Below are positions 1-7,644 of a stretch of 64,000 nt of DNA, piece after piece. Position numbers and translations under genes: made by a program. Source of the stretch: Flavobacteriaceae bacterium (GTDB lineage: Bacteria; Bacteroidota; Bacteroidia; Flavobacteriales; Weeksellaceae); the NCBI GenBank assembly GCA_018260565.1, contig JAGLAZ010000007.1, positions 17,763 through 81,762 on the forward strand, read 5' to 3'. The notes under the pieces are model-generated. The model was not told where the DNA came from, did not search any database, and saw nothing but the letters and a program-made list of their open reading frames with translations. Numbering within the stretch: the first letter of the stretch is position 1; each line of letters opens with the position of its first letter.

Positions 1-110
1 CTGAAAATGCTTTAGAGATTATACAAATTCAAGATGTAGATGGTGGACTTATAGGAGGTGCCTCTCTAAAATTTGATGATTTTAAATCTATTATTCTCTC
101 GTCAATATAA
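1..110 (+). CDS. tpiA: triosephosphate isomerase, 3' end (partial, runs off the window start)
   Basis: The frame from nt 3 reads [35 protein letters not shown] with stop at 108-110. [10 protein letters not shown] is the conserved C-terminal TIM motif. Confidence 0.8.
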   Translation, partial: ENALEIIQIQDVDGGLIGGASLKFDDFKSIILSSI

Positions 111-179
111 ATTTGTAGGATAATACAAAACTTTGTATCTTCGCGTCACTTTTGCCCTTAGAAATAAGGTTGCGTATTT

Positions 180-264
180 GGAGAGATGGCAGAGTGGTCG
201 ATTGCGGTAGTCTTGAAAACTATTGACTGTCACAGGTCCGGGGGTTCGAATCCCTCTCTCTCCG
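180..264 (+). tRNA. tRNA-Ser (anticodon UGA), class II with long variable arm
   Basis: Acceptor GGAGAGA (180-186) pairs with TCTCTCC (257-263), discriminator G264. Anticodon loop is CTTGAAA (TGA). It has a long variable arm and a GGTTCGAATCC T-loop. CCA is not encoded. Confidence 0.93.
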
Positions 265-267
265 CAA

Positions 268-300
268 AAATCCCTGTAAGTTATTGGCTTACAGGGATTT
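268..300. terminator. perfect 13-bp hairpin immediately after tRNA-Ser
   Basis: aaatccctgtaag (268-280) pairs with cttacagggattt (288-300) around a 7-nt loop. A-rich and T-rich flanks give it a bidirectional intrinsic-terminator shape. Confidence 0.6.
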
Positions 301-1194
301 ATATTTACGGTGCTAATATAGGAGCTAATTTGCTGATTTACAATTTAAATAGATTTAATCAATATATATATATATTAAGAAGTGAAATCTGGCTGAATGA
401 ATTCATCTGAATAAGCAATTTTTGCTGTGTTTGTTTTACTTTTAAAAATTATTTCATTACTTTTCCCAGCTGTGACATCCTTATAATTTTGAATGTAAGT
501 ATCTAAAATCCAAGTTTATTCGTAGCCGAGAGAGAATGAGTGACCATGAACACTACATTTGTGGAAAAAATTATCACAGAAATATTAATGTGGGATTGTT
601 CATTAATTTTTAAAATTTCCTTATCTAGATTATCAATAAGACAAGCAGTGTATGATGTTATTGCTTTATCGTAAAATTCATGGTAAGGTTTAGTATGTAA
701 TTTTTTTATGAATTCCGCGGTAGAACTTGAATTATCTTTAGACGACATGTTACTGAAGCGGAAATTATATGCTTTTTATCATGCACGAAGGTTTTCCAAA
801 TACTGACAAAAAAACTCGAAATCATTAATTTTATGATTTGTAGGCAAAATTGTATTGAAAACCATATATCCCTCGAGTAAAATTTTTATTTAAAAACCAT
901 TTTCAAAAAAACAATTTTTAAAAACTATGTAGTTATTTTTAAATTTTTCATCGCTTATAAATTAAATTTTATAACCATAGAATTTTGTATTTAAGTTTTT
1001 TACATCACCTAGAAAAGTAATTGGAATACTAGTTTCTATATCTTCATCAACAAGATAACAAGCGAGAAAATCTAAGTCCTAACTCAAAAATAATCTTTTT
1101 TACTCTGCGATGTTTAGTCTAGTTTTTTCCACTCGAAAATAATTATCTGAATATTTTTAATGTATTTATAATTTAACTAATAAACTAAATATAA

Positions 1195-2286
1195 TTACAA
1201 AAATCTAATCTGGAAATTTAACTTAATGAAACTACCCGCTGTTTCTTCAACGGTATCAGAATTAAGTATAACACCATAATCGCAACGGTGTGGATTACTA
1301 TCTGGGAAGTCAATTTTAGTATGGTTTAATAAATATTCCTGAAAATCGTTCCAGTTATAAATGTGGTAACATTCTAGATCACCATCTTTTTTAACAATGA
1401 TGTAACCTCCATTTGCATTAAATGTACCCGACCAAACTTTACCAGCCTTCATACCTAAGGCTGCATCAATCAGTAGTCTTTTTATTTTATAGGAATAAAA
1501 ATCAGAGTTTAGCGATAAATCAAAATCACAAGGATTTTTTTCAGATAAATATTTTACAAGGTCTGAAAGTTTGGGCGTGTATTTTGTGTAAGCACCCAGA
1601 ACAAGTTCTGCCAATATCTCCGGTAATCTGCTATCCACCAATTCTAAATTTGTTTTGAAAATTTCAGAATTCATTTTGTGGTATTTCAGTGTATAGCCGT
1701 TTTCTTTTAAATACTTAACACGATGGCTGTAGGAAGGCAAACCATTTATCATTTTTATTGTAACCGCAGATGGTTCAGGCTCAATTTTGTAGATGATATT
1801 TGAATTTTTTGAAGCGTTGAATAATGTAGGCTTACTTCCAATGTATGACTTAATACTAAAACCAAGTAAAGGTTCATGCTGAGTAATAGGGTCGTGAATT
1901 ACAACCCTGATATCCGCAGTTTGCACACGCTCGTCAGACAAGGAATTGGTATAGAATTTTGTAAGAGCAGGTTGAGCAAAGTCAAAGTTAAAAGATCTGT
2001 CGCTCATTATTCCTCTGGAGATACCGTCGTATAATTGATCTGCTATTTTTGAAACTTCTTCTACAGAAAGTTCAGACAAAACTTTGCCTTGTGAATTTTG
2101 AATGATTATTTTTTCATTTCTGAGATAATCTAAATCTTCATTACTACCACGGATGATTTTCAGAACTTTATAAAAAATATCCTCATTCTTATTCAAATTC
2201 TTGTCAGCAGCAAAAATATGTCCTTCTGCCAGCAATTTTACAAAAGCATAAAACTCACTCCATTCGCCTTTATTACCTTTAATCAC
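1195..2286 (-). CDS. Type II restriction endonuclease, HpaII-like (putative CCGG specificity)
   Basis: 363-aa ORF whose GTG start overlaps the stop of the upstream methylase (GTGA at 2283-2286). The N-terminus MIKGNKGEWSEFYAFVKLL matches my recollection of the HpaII-family REase signature. Its position directly downstream of an M.HpaII-like methylase supports the call. The family assignment is from memory. Confidence 0.7.
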   Translation of the reverse strand: MIKGNKGEWSEFYAFVKLLAEGHIFAADKNLNKNEDIFYKVLKIIRGSNEDLDYLRNEKIIIQNSQGKVLSELSVEEVSKIADQLYDGISRGIMSDRSFNFDFAQPALTKFYTNSLSDERVQTADIRVVIHDPITQHEPLLGFSIKSYIGSKPTLFNASKNSNIIYKIEPEPSAVTIKMINGLPSYSHRVKYLKENGYTLKYHKMNSEIFKTNLELVDSRLPEILAELVLGAYTKYTPKLSDLVKYLSEKNPCDFDLSLNSDFYSYKIKRLLIDAALGMKAGKVWSGTFNANGGYIIVKKDGDLECYHIYNWNDFQEYLLNHTKIDFPDSNPHRCDYGVILNSDTVEETAGSFIKLNFQIRFL

Positions 2287-3974
2287 AGCTTCTTAATTTT
2301 AAGTTTTCCAATTATCATTTCCGCAGTGGCTTGAATAGCGGGGATAGCGACTGAATTTCCAAATTGTTTGTAAGCTGAAGCATCAGCTACTACTATTTCA
2401 AAATTTTCAGGAAAACCCTGTAATCTTGCCCATTCACGAGGTGTCATTTTTCTGATGCCTTCACGATTAACTTCTCCGGTTATTTTGGTTGTAGGAGTAA
2501 AATCAGTAATGCGATCGTCAAACACTAAATTTCTTTCTCTACCCATACCACCACAAACAACAGAATTAGCAATTTCATCATCGCCAATAATTGCATACCC
2601 AAAACCATTGCCTTTACTTTCGTGTCTTGCCTTATGGTTTTCAAGAGTTTGTAAATACTGTGTTGAAAGATAATACTTTGTAGGAACTACAGATTTTTCT
2701 TTTACATCAGCAAAAGTTAATTTTTTTTCAAACGGTTCAGGATAGGTAAATTCATTAATTCCTGTACTTTTATGGAATCCGACGATAAAAATGCGCTCTC
2801 TATTTTGAGGAACACCGAAGTTTTTTGCATTCATAATTTGAGGCGCAGGCACAAAGTACCCTAAGTCTTCTCTAAGGACATTTAGAATTGTGCTTAATGT
2901 TTTCCCTTTATCGTGATTTCTGAGGCCTTTTACATTTTCAAGAAATATTGCTTTAGGCTGTTTTCTTTTAATTATTTCCGCTACATCAAAAAACAAAGTC
3001 CCTCTGGTATCTTCAAAACCACCTCTTTTGCCAGCAATAGAATAGGCCTGGCATGGAAAGCCTGCGCAAAGAATATCAAAATTCTCAGGGATATATGACT
3101 TTGTTTCCTCTTTGGTAATATCACCAAAAGGCATATCCCCGAAATTATGTTTGTAAGTTCTTTTTGCTTCTTTATCCCATTCGCTAGTGTACACACATTT
3201 GCCTCCCAGATTCTGTAATGCGATTCTAAAACCGCCAATCCCTGCAAACAAATCTATAAAAGTGAATTTCGGACTCTCCACCGGTGGAAACGGAACATTG
3301 AAGTAATCAAACATACCATATTGAATAGCTTCTTCCGCAACTTTATTCGAAAATTTTTCTTCAGGGTATTTTAATTCCAACAGTTCTTTGGCAAAGGCTA
3401 CCGCATCTTTTTTATAGGTGTTTTTTGTTTTTATATCACGGTTATGAATGTAGTGCGTTAAAACTGCCTCGTCGTTATTTTCAGGTTCTATTAGGCGAAT
3501 TTTAAACTGTTTGCCTCCTACGCTGTCTATTGAAATTTTTTCTTTAAAATCCATTCTTCTATTCTCTATTTTTTGCTCAATCTGTTTTACAATCTGATCA
3601 GTATTTTTTAAAATATTCTTACCCCAAAATCTTAAAACTTCCCAACCTTCGGAAAGTAAGGTTTGATTTACCAGTTTGTCTCGTGCAATATTTTTTTCAA
3701 TTTTAGAATGCCAAAACTCAATATTGGATCTATGTTCCATTTTTTTTGTCTGCCAGTCTTTACCATGCCAAAATTCACCGTCTATAAAGATTGCAATTTT
3801 CAATTTTTTAAAAGTAAGGTCGGGTTTTCCGAAAACTGAGTTATCATTCTTCCGGTATCTGTAGCCTTTGGAGAATAAAGCCTTCGCCAAAACAGTTTCA
3901 ATCTTTGTTCCCGAAGATTTCACTGCTTGCATGTTCTTTCTGCGTTGTTCTTCCGTAAGCCTGTCAGTTCTCAT
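2283..3974 (-). CDS. fusion protein: N-terminal Vsr-type very-short-patch repair endonuclease plus C-terminal C5-cytosine DNA methyltransferase
   Basis: One uninterrupted 563-aa ORF. Residues 1-~135 carry Vsr motifs (RRKNMQAVKSSGTKIE, GKPDLTF, FIDGEFWHG, GWEVLRFW). Residues ~237-563 carry C5-MTase motifs I FIDLFAGIGGF, IV GFPCQAYS, VI LENVKGL, VIII QNRERIFIVGF and X GNSVAIP. Confidence 0.9.
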   Translation of the reverse strand: MRTDRLTEEQRRKNMQAVKSSGTKIETVLAKALFSKGYRYRKNDNSVFGKPDLTFKKLKIAIFIDGEFWHGKDWQTKKMEHRSNIEFWHSKIEKNIARDKLVNQTLLSEGWEVLRFWGKNILKNTDQIVKQIEQKIENRRMDFKEKISIDSVGGKQFKIRLIEPENNDEAVLTHYIHNRDIKTKNTYKKDAVAFAKELLELKYPEEKFSNKVAEEAIQYGMFDYFNVPFPPVESPKFTFIDLFAGIGGFRIALQNLGGKCVYTSEWDKEAKRTYKHNFGDMPFGDITKEETKSYIPENFDILCAGFPCQAYSIAGKRGGFEDTRGTLFFDVAEIIKRKQPKAIFLENVKGLRNHDKGKTLSTILNVLREDLGYFVPAPQIMNAKNFGVPQNRERIFIVGFHKSTGINEFTYPEPFEKKLTFADVKEKSVVPTKYYLSTQYLQTLENHKARHESKGNGFGYAIIGDDEIANSVVCGGMGRERNLVFDDRITDFTPTTKITGEVNREGIRKMTPREWARLQGFPENFEIVVADASAYKQFGNSVAIPAIQATAEMIIGKLKIKKL

Positions 3975-3985
3975 TTTTTATGAAA

Positions 3986-4237
3986 TCACTTTTCATTTAC
4001 CTCCGAAAGTAAAATTTCAAATCCCAATACAAAAGCAAATTTTGAGAGGTAATCCAGACTACAGTTAAATTTACCGCTCTCAATTTTTGAAATAGTTGTT
4101 CTGCTGACATTCATTGACTCAGCAACCTGTTCCTGACTTAATCCTTTTTTTTCCCGAAGCTGTTTTAGCGATGAAGCGATTTTATGACGATTCTCCACCA
4201 AATCCTTTTCCGTAAATACTATAGCTGAATTTAACAC
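3986..4237 (-). CDS. XRE-family helix-turn-helix regulator (candidate controller/C protein of the RM operon)
   Basis: 83 aa with a GTG start. The motif LKQLREKKGLSQEQVAESMNVSRTTISKIESGK is a classic HTH_3/XRE motif. It lies 11 nt upstream of the methylase gene. Confidence 0.8.
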   Translation of the reverse strand: MLNSAIVFTEKDLVENRHKIASSLKQLREKKGLSQEQVAESMNVSRTTISKIESGKFNCSLDYLSKFAFVLGFEILLSEVNEK

Positions 4238-4249
4238 AACCTATAATAG

Positions 4250-4648
4250 TTATCTTACAACAAGAGTTCCTACATGTTTTACGCCCAGCTTATCTTGAAC
4301 TGTCAACCAGACATTTGTTTCCACTCCAGTAATACCCTTGGAAAGATCTAAATTAATTTTCTGCTCACTAACATTAATAACTTTACCTAAAACCTCTGAG
4401 TAATCGGCTTTTTGAATGGTTACGAATTCACCAATTAAGTCATTTGTGGAAACTGCAACAACCTCCAAATCTGAAAGTTTTACAGTATTTATCCCAGGAA
4501 AAGGGAGATTAGTCCCGAGCGGACGTATATCTGCACGATCTCTTTGACCATCAATTTTTAGTTCTAGTACTACATAATGTTGGTTCGGGTTTTCATCGGG
4601 AAGTGGCGTATGAAATTTCACAATCTGGCCTTCTTTAGTTGGTTCCAT
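4250..4648 (-). CDS. hypothetical protein, 132 aa, no recognisable family; first gene of the RM operon
   Basis: Clean ATG-started ORF ending 12 nt before the HTH gene on the same strand. Its composition is typical of coding DNA and looks beta-rich (V/I/T/K-rich). I see no signal peptide, TM segment or catalytic motif. Confidence 0.6.
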   Translation of the reverse strand: MEPTKEGQIVKFHTPLPDENPNQHYVVLELKIDGQRDRADIRPLGTNLPFPGINTVKLSDLEVVAVSTNDLIGEFVTIQKADYSEVLGKVINVSEQKINLDLSKGITGVETNVWLTVQDKLGVKHVGTLVVR

Positions 4649-4691
4649 AACTATATATTATTTAATAATGTAAATATAAACACTTTTTATA

Positions 4692-4707
4692 GTTCAATAT
4701 ATTGAAC
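4692..4707. promoter_or_regulatory. perfect 16-bp palindrome GTTCAATATATTGAAC, candidate operator (C-box-like) of the RM operon
   Basis: It lies 44-59 nt upstream of the ATG at 4648 on the operon strand. It sits just upstream of a near-consensus -7 box (TATATTTA on the minus strand). An HTH regulator is encoded in the operon. Confidence 0.45.
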
Positions 4708-5628
4708 GGGTGTTGAATAATTAAATATATATTTGTATTGACAAATCAACGATAAGCGTAAGCTATCGTTGGGTTTCTTAAAACTGCTAAATTTCAAAAA
4801 ATTCCTAAAATGATAGACATTCGCCTGTGCCATATCGGCGTGGGCTGTAAGTCATCAATCCCCCTAAGGTATTACCGCATATAATATGAAAATAATTCAC
4901 TATTGAACTATACTGAATTTTAACTTTTCTTTAAAAACATTATTTATGTATTAGTTATTTGCTTATTGTAAGTTTCATTTTATATCCCCTGCTCCACAAA
5001 GTGTCCTAACTTTGAGGAAAAAAAAACGGAGATAATTGAATGGTTTTGTATTGTAAACTGCAACTAAAGTTTAAATAAGAAAATAGTTGTTTTTTTTATA
5101 TCAAACCTTTCCTCTAAATGAATAAAAAATTTATATTTACCTCTTAATCTCATTAATTTTAAATTAAGTCATTAAACATACCACAGTTGCTTTGAAAGAT
5201 TTAAAAGTTTATTTAACAGACTACCATACTGACTATACGAGAAAATACACCTAAGTAATCAGAATAAAGTATATTTCATTGAGCAAATTCCAGTGGGACT
5301 GATCGGACGAGAATTTAATGGTGGATAGTTTTAAAGGTTATTAGCGGAAGGAGAAATACTAATGCAGTTATGGAAACGTGGAAAATATATGGGAAAAAGA
5401 TAAAGAATTGAACCGAAGCTACACAGCAGATTTTGAGGTATATGGAAAAGAATTTAGAAAGAATGTTAAATCTGAAGTTGAATCTTATATTGATCAGATA
5501 GTGAAGAAAATAAACATTATTAAAGCACTTTCAAACCTATAAAATAATGATGGAGTCAAGAAAACCATTTCAAAAACAGGGAGAAACTGAAAATCCATAA
5601 GAGTAAGGAATTCAAAAGATATAATTTT

Positions 5629-6021
5629 ATGAAAAACCTTTTAATATTAGCAATTGTATCGCTAATGTTTGGTATTGCAAATGCCCAAAGAATACAAAAC
5701 AGTTCTGGAAGTACTATTGGAATGATAGAAAGTGGAAAAGTAAAAAACAGTTCTGGAAGTACAATAGGCTATATTGAAAATGGCCGTATTAAGAACAGTT
5801 CTGGGAGTACCATTGGTATATATAATAATGGGCGTGTACAGAATGCTTCCGGTAGCACAATTGGCTATATAGATAAAGGCCGAGTGAAAAACAGCTCTGG
5901 AAATACCATTGGTATGATTGAAAATGGACGCATTAAAGATGGTTCAGGAAAAACACTTGGTTCTTATAGTGGGGTTAAACCTATTGATGCAGCACTTTTT
6001 CTCCTGTTCTTTTTTAAATAA
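5629..6021 (+). CDS. secreted tandem-repeat protein (6 x 16-aa NSSGSTIGxIExGRVK repeats; resembles '5-fold beta-flower' proteins)
   Basis: N-terminal signal peptide MKNLLILAIVSLMFGIANAQ, then six 16-residue repeats, then a hydrophobic tail DAALFLLFFFK. Confidence 0.75.
   Translation: MKNLLILAIVSLMFGIANAQRIQNSSGSTIGMIESGKVKNSSGSTIGYIENGRIKNSSGSTIGIYNNGRVQNASGSTIGYIDKGRVKNSSGNTIGMIENGRIKDGSGKTLGSYSGVKPIDAALFLLFFFK
5698..5985 (+). repeat. six in-frame 48-bp tandem repeats inside the repeat-protein gene
   Basis: Units start with aacagttctggaagtac... at 5698, 5746, 5794, 5842 and 5890, with a degenerate sixth unit at 5938. The copies diverge mostly at third codon positions. Confidence 0.85.
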
Positions 6022-6075
6022 AAAAAGGCATTTAATATCATAATAATTAACGAATATTAGAATTTAGATAATCAT

Positions 6076-6111
6076 AAAAAAGATTCATACTATCTGGTAT
6101 GAATCTTTTTT
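6076..6111. terminator. bidirectional intrinsic terminator between convergent genes
   Basis: agattcatac (6081-6090) pairs with gtatgaatct (6097-6106). An A5 run lies upstream and a T5 run downstream. Confidence 0.75.
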
Positions 6112-6152
6112 ATATTCATTTTTGATAATTACAAAAATGTAAAAACCTTAAA

Positions 6153-7616
6153 TTATCCGCGTAAACTATTGATATAATTTTGCATACTATTTTCAAAATT
6201 TAAACCGTTATTCAGTTTTTGAATACCTATTTTTTTATGGGAAGAAAGTGCCCAGAGAACAATCTCTTGATACACATATAAATCTGACTCCTGTAAATCC
6301 GGGACATATTTTTCTACCAGTTCCCTTAATGCGGGGACTTTATTTAGTTCTGCTTGGTATATAGCATCAGAAGCTTCATTTTGTAATAGGACTTCATATC
6401 CTCCGGAAAACCACTGAATAACCTCATCATAAACAGATGGTTTTGTCTTTTTTTCTAACTTTTCTACTTTCGGAAATAATTCATTAAATATAGTCTTTAC
6501 CGCGTTTTGGATAAGATTTTCAGCTACTATACCTGCACCGGCAAGTTCTCCCTCATACACTAATTCTACCTTACCCGTGATTGCTGGGACTATTCCCATA
6601 AAATCTGACAACCGAACTGAAGTTTTAGTATCACCACTTCTCAGCATTCTGCGTTCTGCAGTACTCATTAAATTTTGAAAGGCTGTAATGCTCATACGCG
6701 CACTCACGCCACTTTTAGCATCTATATATTCATTTTCCCGAGCCTCAAAACTTATTTGTTCCAGCACATCATGTGCTATTTCTGGAATATAAATGTTGGG
6801 AATATCTTTTGCGTCTTTATGAGCCTCCTGAGCCGTAATTTTTTTTGCTATTTCCCTTGATTTAGGGTAATGGGTAAGAATCTGTGAACCTATTCGGTCT
6901 TTAAGTGGCGTCACTATGCTACCGCGGTTGGTATAATCTTCAGGATTTGCCGTAAAAACGAACTGTACATCCAGGGGTAATCTCAATTTGAATCCCCGAA
7001 TCTGAATATCGCCTTCTTGCAAAATATTAAAAAGAGCGACCTGTATTTTAGCTTGTAAATCTGGTAATTCATTGATAACGAATATACAGCGGTTCGCTCT
7101 AGGAATCATTCCAAAATGAAGGACCCTATCATCAGCATAGCTAAGTTTTAAATTGGCCGCTTTAATAGGATCCACATCCCCAATGAGATCTGCAACGGTA
7201 ACATCCGGCGTAGCTAATTTTTCTGAAAACCTACCTTCACGATGAAGCCAAGTTATAGGAGTATTTTCTCCTTTTTCCTCAATACGCTCTTTGGCAAAGC
7301 GAGAGATAGGAGCAAAAGGGTCGTCATTAATCTCGGATCCTTCCACTACGGGAATATATTCATCTAACAAGCTTATCATTAGCCTTGCTAATCGTGTTTT
7401 TGCTTGTCCCCGAAGACCCAGCAAATTGATATTATGTTTAGAGAGAATGGCACGCTCCAACTCTGGAATTACAGTCTCCTCATATCCATGAACGCCTGGA
7501 AAAACGGTTTCTCCACTGTTTATTTTCTGAATCAAATTCTCCCGAAGCTCTTCTTTGATTGATTTTTGTTTATATCCTGCAGCTTTTAAATCGCCGAATG
7601 TTTTAATAGTATTCAT
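6153..7616 (-). CDS. ChlI/BchI-type AAA+ ATPase (Mg-chelatase subunit I-like; often auto-annotated as a sigma-54-interacting regulator)
   Basis: 487 aa. It has a Walker-A-like LLGLRGQAKTRLAR, a Walker B IFVINELPD, and a FTANPEDYTNRGSIVTPLKDRIG block typical of ChlI-like ATPases. Confidence 0.75.
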   Translation of the reverse strand: MNTIKTFGDLKAAGYKQKSIKEELRENLIQKINSGETVFPGVHGYEETVIPELERAILSKHNINLLGLRGQAKTRLARLMISLLDEYIPVVEGSEINDDPFAPISRFAKERIEEKGENTPITWLHREGRFSEKLATPDVTVADLIGDVDPIKAANLKLSYADDRVLHFGMIPRANRCIFVINELPDLQAKIQVALFNILQEGDIQIRGFKLRLPLDVQFVFTANPEDYTNRGSIVTPLKDRIGSQILTHYPKSREIAKKITAQEAHKDAKDIPNIYIPEIAHDVLEQISFEARENEYIDAKSGVSARMSITAFQNLMSTAERRMLRSGDTKTSVRLSDFMGIVPAITGKVELVYEGELAGAGIVAENLIQNAVKTIFNELFPKVEKLEKKTKPSVYDEVIQWFSGGYEVLLQNEASDAIYQAELNKVPALRELVEKYVPDLQESDLYVYQEIVLWALSSHKKIGIQKLNNGLNFENSMQNYINSLRG

Positions 7617-7644
7617 ATATAATTTCGTCTAAATGTTAATTGGA

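Noticed and set aside
186-410. 74-aa ORF in the track overlapping tRNA-Ser
   Set aside because: It is read straight through the tRNA gene and its terminator hairpin. The tRNA call is far better supported.
381-748. 81-aa ORF (503..748, minus strand) plus an out-of-frame ~43-codon continuation (381..502)
   Set aside because: It has no recognisable motifs, and the frame breaks after 81 codons while another frame stays open. This looks like a decayed gene rather than a functional CDS, so I mention it under the island finding only.
2721-2728. A8/T8 homopolymer inside the Vsr-MTase gene (codons EKK) as a possible phase-variation switch
   Set aside because: Runs of 7-9 A/T are common throughout this AT-rich window (for example inside tamB at ~22250), and 8 nt is short for efficient slippage. 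Nothing singles this tract out.
4981-5006. atatcccctgctccacaaagtgtcct as a degenerate direct repeat of the tRNA-Ser 3' end (aatccctctctctccgcaaaaatccct), that is, an att site
   Set aside because: Only about two-thirds identity, and that requires gaps. This is too weak to call by eye without a statistical alignment.
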